DNA from: an uncultured Pseudobdellovibrionaceae bacterium
GTDB lineage: Bacteria > Bdellovibrionota > FAC87 > UBA2466
Length of the DNA: 64,000 bases
Assembly: GCA_964604555.1 (NCBI GenBank)
Contig: CAZRZK010000001.1
Coordinates: 205,991-269,990, forward strand
Direction: 5' to 3'
Position 1 is the stretch's first letter. The number at the start of each line of letters is the position of its first letter. The notes beneath the pieces are model-generated. The model was not told the origin of the DNA. It was given only the letters and a program-made list of their open reading frames with translations, and ran no database searches. A program made the translations under genes and the position numbers. Below are positions 47,902 through 57,207 of this stretch, one piece after another.

Positions 47902-48126
47902 CCTCGCTGTTATTGCTCGCTAACCCCTCCGGGTAAAAAGGCAGGGGTGTGCCTTGAGGAGTTTTTAGTCCTTAAGATATGAGGATGAATTTTTGGGGAA
48001 ATGAAGTCTCATAAGTACAGCCTAATAATCGAGCCAAGCGGCTATCTGACTACTAGAAGCTTGGACTCTTTCCGCGCGGCTCCGGAGTGGGGGTTAGTCC
48101 CCTTGTGGGTCGCCCGAAGACCCGGT

Positions 48127-48169
48127 GGAATTGCGAGGAACGAGCGTAGCGAGTGACGCGGCAATCGCG
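48127..48169. repeat. Half-copy of REP-like element (GAATTGCGAGGAACGAGCGTAGCGAGTGACGCGGCAATCGCG)
   Basis: Near-identical to second half of copy at 19195..19240; sits between convergent genes. Confidence 0.6.
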
Positions 48170-48185
48170 TAGCAATAGCAGGGAA

Positions 48186-48692
48186 TTAATTCCTTTGAAC
48201 AGCAGGGGCTTTTTTGCAACGAATGGAATGGCCATCTAAGCGCTCGGTATTTTCGCTGATCGTCTTGTCCAGTGATTTTAACAATGCTTCGAGATCTTCG
48301 ATCAGTGTTCTAAGTTGGCTAAAAAACAGATCTCGGGTGCTTTCATCCCATGTCGTGGGAGTCTCCATGGGGCTCAGCTCTTTGAGCGCTGCTGCATACC
48401 CGAAAAGCAGCTCCTTGCATTTGGCGTCAGGTATCAGATCTTTGTAATAAAGATTGGCCACCTCGATTACTCTTTGAACTGAATAGAGCGAGGTGCTTTT
48501 TTCGTCCCGATTGGCTGAAAAATTATTCCAGATATTGAGGTAGAGCTCTATCGCCGCTCTGAGTTTTTTTAGGCATTCCAAGGTATCGCAAAGCTTTGTC
48601 TGTTCGGTGCCGGGGCCGGCAGGAACTTCGGCTTGAGCAATGCCCGTGAAGAATAAAAACATAAAATTAAGCGCCAGAATCTTGAATCTCAT
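48186..48692 (-). CDS. Hypothetical secreted protein
   Basis: Signal peptide MRFKILALNFMFLFFTGIAQA; 168 aa. Confidence 0.45.
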   Translation of the reverse strand: MRFKILALNFMFLFFTGIAQAEVPAGPGTEQTKLCDTLECLKKLRAAIELYLNIWNNFSANRDEKSTSLYSVQRVIEVANLYYKDLIPDAKCKELLFGYAAALKELSPMETPTTWDESTRDLFFSQLRTLIEDLEALLKSLDKTISENTERLDGHSIRCKKAPAVQRN

Positions 48693-48793
48693 TTTAGTAC
48701 CCCTTTTGTCTTATCTATCGGCCAAACCAAGCCAATAAATGAGAAGGAAATCGTGAGGTTGAAGCAGAGCGTAGCTTGGGCTATTTTGAAGGG

Positions 48794-51433
48794 ATGAGAT
48801 CTGCCGATATCCGTAGCCGTTTTATCCGTTATTTTGAGTCCCAGGGTCATACCCGGGTTAAAAGTTCGAGCCTCATTCCGGCCGCCGATCCCACGTTGCT
48901 TTTTACCAATGCCGGGATGGTGCAGTTTAAAGATAATTTCTTAGGAAAGGTCGATTCTGGCTATAAAAGGGCAACTACCAGTCAAAAATGTATCCGGGCC
49001 GGGGGAAAGCATAACGATCTCGAAAATGTAGGGTTTACGGCCCGTCACCATACCTTTTTTGAGATGTTGGGGAACTTCTCCTTCGGGGATTATTTCAAAA
49101 AGGAGGCGATCGCTTATGCTTGGGACTTGCTGATAAAGGAATTTAAGTTTCCCAAGGACCGCTTACGGGTCACCGTTTTTCGGGACGATGACGAGGCCTT
49201 TAATCTTTGGAAGGGGCAGGGGATTCCAGCCGATTGGATCACCCGTCTCGGAGAAAAGGATAATTTTTGGGCGATGGGCGATACCGGCCCTTGCGGCCCC
49301 TGCACCGAGATCTACTTCGATCTGGGGAAAGAGTTTGGTCCCGATATTCCCGATTGTAATCCTGGGAATGATGGGGGAACCCGGTTTTTGGAGATCTGGA
49401 ACTTGGTTTTCATGCAGTTCGATAGGAGCTCAGATGGGAAACTGACGCCGCTTCCAAAACCGAGTGTCGATACCGGCGGTGGATTAGAGCGATGGGCAGC
49501 AGTGTTGCAAGGGAAGTTCAGCAACTACGAATCCGATCTCTTTCAACCGATATTGCAAACGATTGCTAAGAGGGTAGGGAAGACTTATGGGACCAGGTCG
49601 GAGGATGATGTTTCGATGCGGGTGATTGCCGACCATTTGAGGTCCGGCGCTTTTTTGATGTCCGATGGAGTCAGTCCCAGTAATGAAGGGCGAGGTTACG
49701 TATTACGTCGTATTTTGCGACGTGCGATTCGGCACGGAAAGAAATTGGGACAGGAAACCCCCTTCCTCTTTGAATTATTACCTTCGGTCGTGGAGAGTTT
49801 GGGGAGTGAATACCCGGAATTGGTCCAACAAAAACAACTCACGACGACCCTTCTGAAAGAGGAAGAGACCAAATTCCATGAAACCCTCCACCGTGGCATG
49901 CATGTCATGGAAGAGGCAATTCAGGCGGCTAAGAAAAAGGGATCGAAGATCTTCTCCGGTGAGGCGGCCTTCAAGCTTTATGATTCCTATGGCTTCCCGA
50001 TGGATCTGATCGAAGTGATCGCCAAGGAAAACCAACTGGATCTGGATCAAAAAGATTTTGACGAACGGATGGATCACCAACGTTCCCAGAGCACCTTTTT
50101 AAAAGGACAGGGGCCGGAACCGGTAGCAAAAATCGAGGCAGGTATCGGTGGGCAGGCGAACACTCGATTTTTAGGTTATGACTGCACCGAAGCCGAAGGC
50201 ACGATTACCCACTTATTTAATGAAGAGGGATCTGCCGTTGATAAATTAAAAGGAAATGGTTTTGTCATCGCCGATCAAACCCCTTTTTATGCGGAAAGTG
50301 GCGGACAGATAGGAGATAAAGGGGAGATTGTGGGCGCAGCGGTGGTTCACAACACCTTTAAGGTTGGTGCAAATTCTGCTCACCGTGTGGAAACCAGTAA
50401 GGAACTCAAAAAAGGGGAAAAGGTAAAGTTCCGGGTGAATCCGGAGCGGCGCCAAGCGACCGCGATCAATCACACCTCGACTCATCTGCTACATGCCGCT
50501 TTACGGAAAGTATTGGGAGATCGAGTGCGACAAGCGGGATCGTTAGTCGATTCGGAACGGCTCCGTTTCGATTTCACCTATCCGCGTGGACTTTCCCCAG
50601 AAGAATTGGCGGAAGTGGAAAGCATGGTAAATGCCGCGGCCGATCGCCAGGAGACGGTAAAGGTCCAGGAGATGGGCTATGATCAGGCGATTCAATCGGG
50701 GGCATTGGCCTTTTTCGACGAGAAATATGGGAGCAATGTTCGGGTGGTGCGGGTTGGTGGAGAGGAGCCCTTTAGTGTCGAGCTCTGCGGAGGGACCCAC
50801 TTAACCAACACCGGCCAAGTGCAGCTTTTTAAGATTACCCAGGAATCTTCGGTTGCGAGTGGAGTGCGTCGTATTGAGGCGGTAACAGCGAAGCGAGCGC
50901 GCGAATTTCTGCTAGATCGTCACCACCTTCTCCAAGGATTGGAACAAAAGCTGGGAACTAAAGGCGAACAGGCGGGCGATAAGATCGAGCAGATTCAGAA
51001 TGAACTAAAATCGAACAAACGGGAAATCGAACAGTTGCAGATGAAGCTCGCTCGTGGAGGGGGCAGTGGAGGCGGTTCGCTCTGGGATAAAAAGATTGAT
51101 ATCAAAGGGATTCAATTTGTCCGCGAAGCTGTCAACGACGTGAAAGCCAACGTGTTGCGCGAATTGGTCGACCAAGTGCGGGACAAATTGAAACAAAAGG
51201 TGGTCGTTTGTCTCGCAAGCCACAGCGAAGGAAAAGTTTTCTTGTGTGTGGGGTTGAGTTCTGATCTGGTCTCCAAATGGAGTGCCTCTGAAATGGTCAA
51301 GGAGATCGCTTCGGAAGTGGGCGGTAGTGGTGGCGGTCGCAACGATTTTGCGCAGGCTGGAGGGACGATTATCGACGGGATTCCAAAAGCGTTTGAAAAA
51401 CTAGAACGGTGGATTATTGGACACGCTGGATAG
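48794..51433 (+). CDS. alaS: Alanine--tRNA ligase
   Basis: Start MRSADIRSRFIRYFESQGH (ORF-track 48776 is extension); class II motifs, editing-domain HxxxH/CxxxH region, C-terminal DHHA1 GGGSGGG. Confidence 0.92.
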   Translation: MRSADIRSRFIRYFESQGHTRVKSSSLIPAADPTLLFTNAGMVQFKDNFLGKVDSGYKRATTSQKCIRAGGKHNDLENVGFTARHHTFFEMLGNFSFGDYFKKEAIAYAWDLLIKEFKFPKDRLRVTVFRDDDEAFNLWKGQGIPADWITRLGEKDNFWAMGDTGPCGPCTEIYFDLGKEFGPDIPDCNPGNDGGTRFLEIWNLVFMQFDRSSDGKLTPLPKPSVDTGGGLERWAAVLQGKFSNYESDLFQPILQTIAKRVGKTYGTRSEDDVSMRVIADHLRSGAFLMSDGVSPSNEGRGYVLRRILRRAIRHGKKLGQETPFLFELLPSVVESLGSEYPELVQQKQLTTTLLKEEETKFHETLHRGMHVMEEAIQAAKKKGSKIFSGEAAFKLYDSYGFPMDLIEVIAKENQLDLDQKDFDERMDHQRSQSTFLKGQGPEPVAKIEAGIGGQANTRFLGYDCTEAEGTITHLFNEEGSAVDKLKGNGFVIADQTPFYAESGGQIGDKGEIVGAAVVHNTFKVGANSAHRVETSKELKKGEKVKFRVNPERRQATAINHTSTHLLHAALRKVLGDRVRQAGSLVDSERLRFDFTYPRGLSPEELAEVESMVNAAADRQETVKVQEMGYDQAIQSGALAFFDEKYGSNVRVVRVGGEEPFSVELCGGTHLTNTGQVQLFKITQESSVASGVRRIEAVTAKRAREFLLDRHHLLQGLEQKLGTKGEQAGDKIEQIQNELKSNKREIEQLQMKLARGGGSGGGSLWDKKIDIKGIQFVREAVNDVKANVLRELVDQVRDKLKQKVVVCLASHSEGKVFLCVGLSSDLVSKWSASEMVKEIASEVGGSGGGRNDFAQAGGTIIDGIPKAFEKLERWIIGHAG

Positions 51434-52490
51434 ATTGCTGATCAAGGAGTTTCTTTCCTTTTTCATTTTAGTGCTCTTGGCGCTCGCTATTCTTTTTATC
51501 GGAATCGATTTTTTTTCCAACTTCTGGAATTTTCAGTGGCCGCTTGCAAAGACCCTGACCTATTACCTCTATAAATTACCGGCTGCACTTCAATTGTTTG
51601 TGCCGGTCGCGAGTTTAATGGCGGTGCTGTTGGTGTTGAGTTCGATGTCGAAACAGAATGAGGTCTTGGCCCTATTTGCTTCGGGGATCAGCACCGCTCG
51701 GGTCGCCTCTACCTTTGTCGCCGCGGTGGCGGCGATCAGTGCCCTTTCTTTTTTAGTTTTTGATCACCTTGTTCCCCCTTTAAATAAGAAACAAAAAATG
51801 TTGGCCCAAGGGCTCGAGGCCAACCAGGACTATAATCTATTTTCCACTCAAGGGAGTTTTTGGTACCGAAGCGGCGATATTATTTATCACGTTGGAAGGT
51901 TTACTCCAGAAACGGCGACCATGGAACAGGTCGATATTTACCAGATTCTGCCCAATCAACAGCTGGCCAAGCAGAGCCATGCTCGCACTGCAAAATACAA
52001 TCCCGATCGAAAGCATTGGATCTTAGAAAATGGGGTGGATATCGATTTCAATGATTCTTTTCCTAATACAACCCCATTCAAGGAATCGGTGGGGGCGATT
52101 CCGGAAAAGCCAACCGATTTTCGGACGCTTCGAATCCAAGAGGACATGATGAAGTTGCGGGATCTGCGCCTCTATATCAATCGTAATCAGGCCTATGGCA
52201 TGGACATGACCCAACAACGGGTCAATTATCATGAGCGGCTCGCGATGGTTTTTACCCCGCTCATCTTTGTGCTCTTGGGAATTCCCTTTGCGCTGCACCC
52301 TCTGAAGAACCGGTCGATGCCCAAGAGTATCGCCTTCTGTTTTTTAATGGTTTTCATCTATCTTTTGATGCTGCGCATGACTTCCTCCATTGGAAAAGGG
52401 GGTAATATTCCGCCTTGGGTAGCCGGATGGGCGCCGAATCTGATTTTTATGGTAGCCTGGTTCTTTTGGCTCTTAAGAGGCAAACGATAA
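51417..52490 (+). CDS. LptF/LptG-family (YjgP/YjgQ) LPS export permease
   Basis: 357 aa, 6 TM with large periplasmic loop, family-typical N-terminal LDRLLIKEFL. Confidence 0.8.
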   Translation: MDTLDRLLIKEFLSFFILVLLALAILFIGIDFFSNFWNFQWPLAKTLTYYLYKLPAALQLFVPVASLMAVLLVLSSMSKQNEVLALFASGISTARVASTFVAAVAAISALSFLVFDHLVPPLNKKQKMLAQGLEANQDYNLFSTQGSFWYRSGDIIYHVGRFTPETATMEQVDIYQILPNQQLAKQSHARTAKYNPDRKHWILENGVDIDFNDSFPNTTPFKESVGAIPEKPTDFRTLRIQEDMMKLRDLRLYINRNQAYGMDMTQQRVNYHERLAMVFTPLIFVLLGIPFALHPLKNRSMPKSIAFCFLMVFIYLLMLRMTSSIGKGGNIPPWVAGWAPNLIFMVAWFFWLLRGKR

Positions 52491-52503
52491 TTTGGGACTC
52501 TAG

Positions 52504-53010
52504 ATGGCACGACTCGAAATTTTAAAATACCCTGATCCCAGGCTTAAAATGATTTCCAAAGAGGTGACGGAGTTCAACCCTGAACTCCGTGCGTTGCTCG
52601 ATTCGATGATCGAGACGATGTATTCGGCCAATGGAGTGGGGCTTGCGGCTCCACAGGTCAATCGGCAATTGCGCGCCTTTGTTATTGATCTTGGTTCGGA
52701 AGAGGATCAAGAGCGAAAGCTTTACGAATTTATCAATCCCCGTCTTTCGAACGGCAAAGGAAAGATCAGCTTTCAAGAAGGCTGTTTAAGTGTGCCCGGC
52801 GTCAGCGAATCGGTTTCCCGTAAAGAAACCATTGAGGTGGAATATCAGGATAGAAGTGGGAAGAAGCAGAGAATGTTGGCAGAAGGACTTCTAAGTGTTG
52901 CGATCCAGCACGAGAATGATCATTTAGATGGGGTGCTTTTTGTGGAACGACTCTCTCTATTGAAACGAAAGATGATTCAAAGGAAGCTAGCGAAGGCCAT
53001 CGAACTATGA
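52504..53010 (+). CDS. def: Peptide deformylase
   Basis: GVGLAAPQV, EGCLSVPG, HENDHLDG motifs. Confidence 0.9.
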   Translation: MARLEILKYPDPRLKMISKEVTEFNPELRALLDSMIETMYSANGVGLAAPQVNRQLRAFVIDLGSEEDQERKLYEFINPRLSNGKGKISFQEGCLSVPGVSESVSRKETIEVEYQDRSGKKQRMLAEGLLSVAIQHENDHLDGVLFVERLSLLKRKMIQRKLAKAIEL

Positions 53011-53933
53011 AGATGGTCTTTATGGGGAGTCCCGGCATTGCGGCCCAAGTTTTTAGAGGTGTTGCCTCAAAATACAGACCCCAGCTCGTGATCACCCAAA
53101 CAGCAAAAGCGGCGGGTCGCGGACAGAAGATGACCCCCACTGCCGTGGCGGAATGGGCAAAGGAATCCAATCTTGCTTATCTCGAAACCGAGAATGTAAA
53201 CAGCGAAGAGATGCTCGCGGAGATTGCTAAAGTGGCTCCCGATGTGATCTGGGTTGTCGCCTTCGGACAAATCTTAAAGGAAAAATTGCTCAACCTTCCG
53301 AAAATCGCCTGCCTCAATGTCCATGCCTCTCTTCTTCCCAAATACCGAGGTGCTGCCCCAGTGCAATGGGCGATTTGGAATGGCGAGAAACAGACCGGGA
53401 TTACCATCCAGAAGATGGTGAAGAAACTGGACGCCGGCGACATTCTCCTTCAAAAAAGGACAGAGATCTGGCCGAAAGAGACCTCGATGGAACTGCTGAA
53501 TCGACTTGGGGATCTCGCCATCACCGGTTTTTTAGAATCGATGCAGCTCTTTGAGTCAGGGAAATATTCTTTTCAAGCACAAGACGACTTGCTTGCTACC
53601 CATGCCCGTAAAATTGAGAAGGACGATGCCGTTATCGATTGGGAACAGTCGGCAGATCAGATCCTCTGCCAAATCCGGGCTCTGCAACCGTGGCCGGTCG
53701 CGGAAACTTGGCTTGAGGGAACTCGCCTGCGGATTTTTAAGGCCGAAAAGATATCGGGAGTGCAACCTCCCGGCATTTTGAAAACTGACGGCCAAACCTA
53801 TTTACAGGTGGGGTGTGGCGATGGCATCCTATCGCTACTTGAATTACAGCTGGAGAGCCGCAAACGCTTGGGAGTAGGCCCATTCTTACAAGGGTTTAAC
53901 GGCGATTTTAAATACCAACGTCTTGGCCGCTAG
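53007..53933 (+). CDS. fmt: Methionyl-tRNA formyltransferase
   Basis: ATGA overlap with def; formyltransferase N-domain (NVHASLLPKYRGAAP) and C-terminal domain. Confidence 0.9.
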   Translation: MKMVFMGSPGIAAQVFRGVASKYRPQLVITQTAKAAGRGQKMTPTAVAEWAKESNLAYLETENVNSEEMLAEIAKVAPDVIWVVAFGQILKEKLLNLPKIACLNVHASLLPKYRGAAPVQWAIWNGEKQTGITIQKMVKKLDAGDILLQKRTEIWPKETSMELLNRLGDLAITGFLESMQLFESGKYSFQAQDDLLATHARKIEKDDAVIDWEQSADQILCQIRALQPWPVAETWLEGTRLRIFKAEKISGVQPPGILKTDGQTYLQVGCGDGILSLLELQLESRKRLGVGPFLQGFNGDFKYQRLGR

Positions 53934-53941
53934 AGGGAACC

Positions 53942-54394
53942 ATGTCTGAACACAAAGCAAAAGTTACCTGGAAACGGGAGACCCCCGATTATGTCTATGA
54001 AACCTATGACCGCACCCATCAGGTCACCTTCCCGGGAGGCATTCAAGTAAAAAGTTCGGCCGCCCCGGAATATATGGGGAAAGCGAGCCTAACTAACCCC
54101 GAAGAATTATTGGGAGCCGCCTTGGGCAGTTGTCATATGCTCACTTTTTTGGCGGTGGCGGCAAAGAGCCGGCTTACGGTCGATAAATATGAGGATAATG
54201 TCGTCGCGATTTTAGATAAAAATGCCAATGGAAAATTGGCGGTGACCAAAGTGATCTTGAGACCGGTAGTTGAATTTGCGCCAGGAGCGAATGTTACCTT
54301 GGAGAAGCTAACCGAACTCCACGACAAGGCCCACCGCAATTGTTTCATTGCAAACTCGGTGGCGTGCGAAGTGGTCATCGAACCCGGACATTGA
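53942..54394 (+). CDS. OsmC/Ohr-family peroxiredoxin-like protein
   Basis: 150 aa; two conserved Cys (LGSCHMLTF..., ...NSVACEV) in OsmC fold context. Confidence 0.8.
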   Translation: MSEHKAKVTWKRETPDYVYETYDRTHQVTFPGGIQVKSSAAPEYMGKASLTNPEELLGAALGSCHMLTFLAVAAKSRLTVDKYEDNVVAILDKNANGKLAVTKVILRPVVEFAPGANVTLEKLTELHDKAHRNCFIANSVACEVVIEPGH

Positions 54395-54409
54395 CTTTAT
54401 CATGCGGGG

Positions 54410-54494
54410 AGATTGCTTCGTTGCTCCGCTCCTCGCAATGACAGAAGTGCGCCGTCAGTGTCATTGCGAGGAGCGGAGCGACGAAGCAATCTCG
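54410..54494. repeat. Best-preserved REP-like palindromic element (35 bp arms, 1 mismatch, 15 nt loop)
   Basis: gagattgcttcgttgctccgctcctcgcaatgaca gaagtgcgccgtcag tgtcattgcgaggagcggagcgacgaagcaatctc between the OsmC/Ohr-like gene and fumC. Confidence 0.8.
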
Positions 54495-54514
54495 TCAATT
54501 TAAAGGAGAATAAA

Positions 54515-55927
54515 ATGGCAGAAGAATTTCGGATTGAAAAAGATTCCATGGGGGAGATGAAGATCCCCTCGAAATACCTCTATGGGGCTTCCACGCAAAG
54601 AGCAGTGGAGAACTTCCCCATTAGCGGATGGCGTTTTAGCCGCGAATTTATCCGTGTCCTTGCTGTGATCAAAGGGGCCTGTGCCGAGGTGAATCGTTCC
54701 CTCGGAAAATTAGATCCGAAAATTGCCGATGCCATTATTAAAACGGCCGAACAGATCGAATCAGGAAAATATGATGAGCATTTTGTTGTCGATATTTTCC
54801 AAACGGGATCGGGCACCAGCACCAATATGAACTACAATGAAGTTGCTGCCAACATCGCCAATCTCGCGGTGGGGAGTGCCGTGGGAAGCAAGAAACCGGT
54901 CCATCCCAATGATCATGTGAACATGGGACAATCGAGCAACGATATTATTCCCACTGCCATTCACGTTGCCGCAGCGGTTGCGGTGAAGGAAAAGTTACTT
55001 CCAGCTCTCACCGGATTGGAAACCACCCTTAATCAAAAAGCAAAACAGTTTGATGGCATCGTAAAAACCGGGCGGACTCACCTTCAAGATGCAACTCCCA
55101 TCACGTTAGGGCAGGAGTTTTCGGGATACGCCTATCAAGTTAAAAAAAGTAAAGAACGGATCGAGGGGGCACTTCAAGGAGTTTATGAATTGGCCGTCGG
55201 TGGAACTGCCGTCGGGACCGGGATCAATACCGATGCTAAGTTTGGTCACTTGGTCAGCGAACAGCTCAAGAAAAAGTTGGGACTTCCTTTTAAGGAATCA
55301 GGAAACCATTTTGAAGCTCAGGCTTCTAAAGATGGTTGTGTCGAGTTGAGCGGGGCTCTCAAGACGGTTGCCGTGAGTTTGACCAAAGTGGCAAATGATA
55401 TTCGCTGGCTCTCGAGCGGACCACGCTGTGGCTTTGCCGAGATTAATCTTCCTGCCGTGCAACCCGGCAGTAGCATCATGCCGGGAAAGGTAAACCCGGT
55501 GATCCCCGAAGCGTTGCTTCAGGTATGTGCCCAGGTGATCGGAAATGATCTTGCTGTATCGTTAGGGGGACAATCGGGCAGTTTCGAACTTAACGTCATG
55601 ATGCCCCTCATTGCCCATAATCTTTTAGGATCGATCCAGATCCTTTCGACGTCCGTGAATGTCTTCAACGAAAAATGTATTAAAGGACTCGAAGCCAATC
55701 TGGAGCGGATCCACGAAACGGTGGAACGTAGTCTGATGTTGGCTACTCCATTGGCTCCGGTTGTGGGTTACGACAAAGCGGCCGAGATCTCGAAGAAGGC
55801 CTTCAAAGAAAATAAGACGGTCCGTGAAATCGCTGAGGCTACGTTGGATCTGTCGAGAGAGCAACTGAATGAGATCCTCGATCCTTCTAAGATGGTTATC
55901 CCTGGTGCGGGTGGGGGCGGAGAGTAA
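54515..55927 (+). CDS. fumC: Fumarate hydratase class II
   Basis: Start MAEEFRIEKDSMGE after AAAGGAGA RBS; signature GSSIMPGKVNP; ORF-track 54413 start is a spurious extension through the repeat. Confidence 0.92.
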   Translation: MAEEFRIEKDSMGEMKIPSKYLYGASTQRAVENFPISGWRFSREFIRVLAVIKGACAEVNRSLGKLDPKIADAIIKTAEQIESGKYDEHFVVDIFQTGSGTSTNMNYNEVAANIANLAVGSAVGSKKPVHPNDHVNMGQSSNDIIPTAIHVAAAVAVKEKLLPALTGLETTLNQKAKQFDGIVKTGRTHLQDATPITLGQEFSGYAYQVKKSKERIEGALQGVYELAVGGTAVGTGINTDAKFGHLVSEQLKKKLGLPFKESGNHFEAQASKDGCVELSGALKTVAVSLTKVANDIRWLSSGPRCGFAEINLPAVQPGSSIMPGKVNPVIPEALLQVCAQVIGNDLAVSLGGQSGSFELNVMMPLIAHNLLGSIQILSTSVNVFNEKCIKGLEANLERIHETVERSLMLATPLAPVVGYDKAAEISKKAFKENKTVREIAEATLDLSREQLNEILDPSKMVIPGAGGGGE

Positions 55928-55980
55928 TAGACGACGATAAGGCAGCATAAAGGCAAGTCTTATGTGTCGTCCCGGTTTTC

Positions 55981-56574
55981 CTATTCAATATTTAAAGTAA
56001 AGATATCAGAGAGAGAATCCAGTATTGTTACATAGGGGATTCTCAAACCAGAGATGTTTTTTTCTGCCGCGCATGTCATGCTGATAACTTCCCCATCCTT
56101 GGTGGTAAGCCCATAGCGACCAACTGCGTAGGAGTCTAAAACCCTTCGCGATATATCCGTAACTGCAAACAACATATCAAACCTGCGTTTCACTTTTTCG
56201 TAGTATGGACTTGGGGGTGGATTTAGAATGCCGACTATCGAGCGGTACTCTAACTCCATACGCACATTCTCTCCATTTTCGTACCAAGACTTAATCATCT
56301 CCAGCAGAGATCCTGTGACTGTAAGCACACTCCCTGCACGCAGCAAAAGATCGTATTCGTAATTGGAATTCACCAAATCACATCGAGCGTGTTCGATGTT
56401 GTTGGAATATAGGGTAACGGGATTGCCGCCCGCAAAGAACGTCACATCCTGTGCAACTGTAATTTTACTATTGCGGGGCAATGGAGCCGCTGGCCTTGCC
56501 ACGGCTTCCGATACCGAAAGCAAAATCGTCATCGATAAGATAATCGTGATTACATTCGAATACATTGCTAGCAT
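55981..56574 (-). CDS. Hypothetical secreted protein
   Basis: Signal peptide MLAMYSNVITIILSMTILLSVSEA; 197 aa. Confidence 0.4.
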   Translation of the reverse strand: MLAMYSNVITIILSMTILLSVSEAVARPAAPLPRNSKITVAQDVTFFAGGNPVTLYSNNIEHARCDLVNSNYEYDLLLRAGSVLTVTGSLLEMIKSWYENGENVRMELEYRSIVGILNPPPSPYYEKVKRRFDMLFAVTDISRRVLDSYAVGRYGLTTKDGEVISMTCAAEKNISGLRIPYVTILDSLSDIFTLNIE

Positions 56575-56717
56575 GCACCCCCCCTGAACCTAAGTAAGAA
56601 GAAACTATAACCAATGCAAGTTATCTGAACCGAGAGTCGATGGCAAAAATAAAAACAAGGGAAAAAGTATCACACCATGATAAGGCAGTAATCACATCAT
56701 ATGATGGCATATTGAAT

Positions 56718-57128
56718 TTAAATCGACTTTAATATTGAACCTTTTGCTAAAGGATCGCATAAATATTTGCGGCTCAAGGGAGAAGCAAGGTCTCCTTCCG
56801 GAAGCTTTTGAATAAATTCGCACTGCGATCGCAGCACATCCTGACATTGGGCGAGGCCCACTCCAATACATTTACCTCCACCGGACCGCCATCGGCAGAT
56901 GCCTTTCTCTTTACAAAGCTGTTCGTATTTAATTCCAGAACAGGATGCATGCTCCGATTCTGAAGAAGGAAGCAATTTTAGGTAACAAGTATCTTTCTGT
57001 TTCCGCTCCTCACTTGAAAAACCACCTCTTCCACTTTCGCGAGGTTCTGCATAGGGATTGATGGCACCACCGCTATCTGCCAGAAGATAGCAGCCAATGT
57101 GTATCAAGATTAAAAAACAATATTTCAC
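56718..57128 (-). CDS. Small secreted cysteine-rich protein (10 Cys)
   Basis: N-terminal hydrophobic signal-like segment; multiple CxxxC/CxC spacings. Confidence 0.4.
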   Translation of the reverse strand: MKYCFLILIHIGCYLLADSGGAINPYAEPRESGRGGFSSEERKQKDTCYLKLLPSSESEHASCSGIKYEQLCKEKGICRWRSGGGKCIGVGLAQCQDVLRSQCEFIQKLPEGDLASPLSRKYLCDPLAKGSILKSI

Positions 57129-57207
57129 TCAACCTATTCTAATGTAATGACGCAGGAGGGTTCAAGTTTGGCCTTAGCATTCCCGATATAGCTCCCACGG
57201 AGGAAAC

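Noticed and set aside
47902-48126. Possible structured ncRNA (SRP RNA, RNase P or tmRNA) in the hairpin-rich intergenic region after the FGE-domain gene
   Set aside because: I found no match to the conserved cores of 4.5S RNA, RNase P RNA or a tmRNA tag reading frame. The hairpins are more simply terminators plus a REP half-copy.
54413-54514. N-terminal extension of fumC (MLRCSAPRNDRSAPSVSLRGAERRSNL...)
   Set aside because: It is encoded by the REP-like palindrome. The true start is ATG 54515, preceded by the AAAGGAGA RBS, and the MAEEFRIEK N-terminus fits class II fumarases.
57129-57207. Sigma-54-like promoter upstream of gene 57208 (TGGCCTtagcaTTCCC)
   Set aside because: The -12 element lacks the GC dinucleotide, so this is not convincing.
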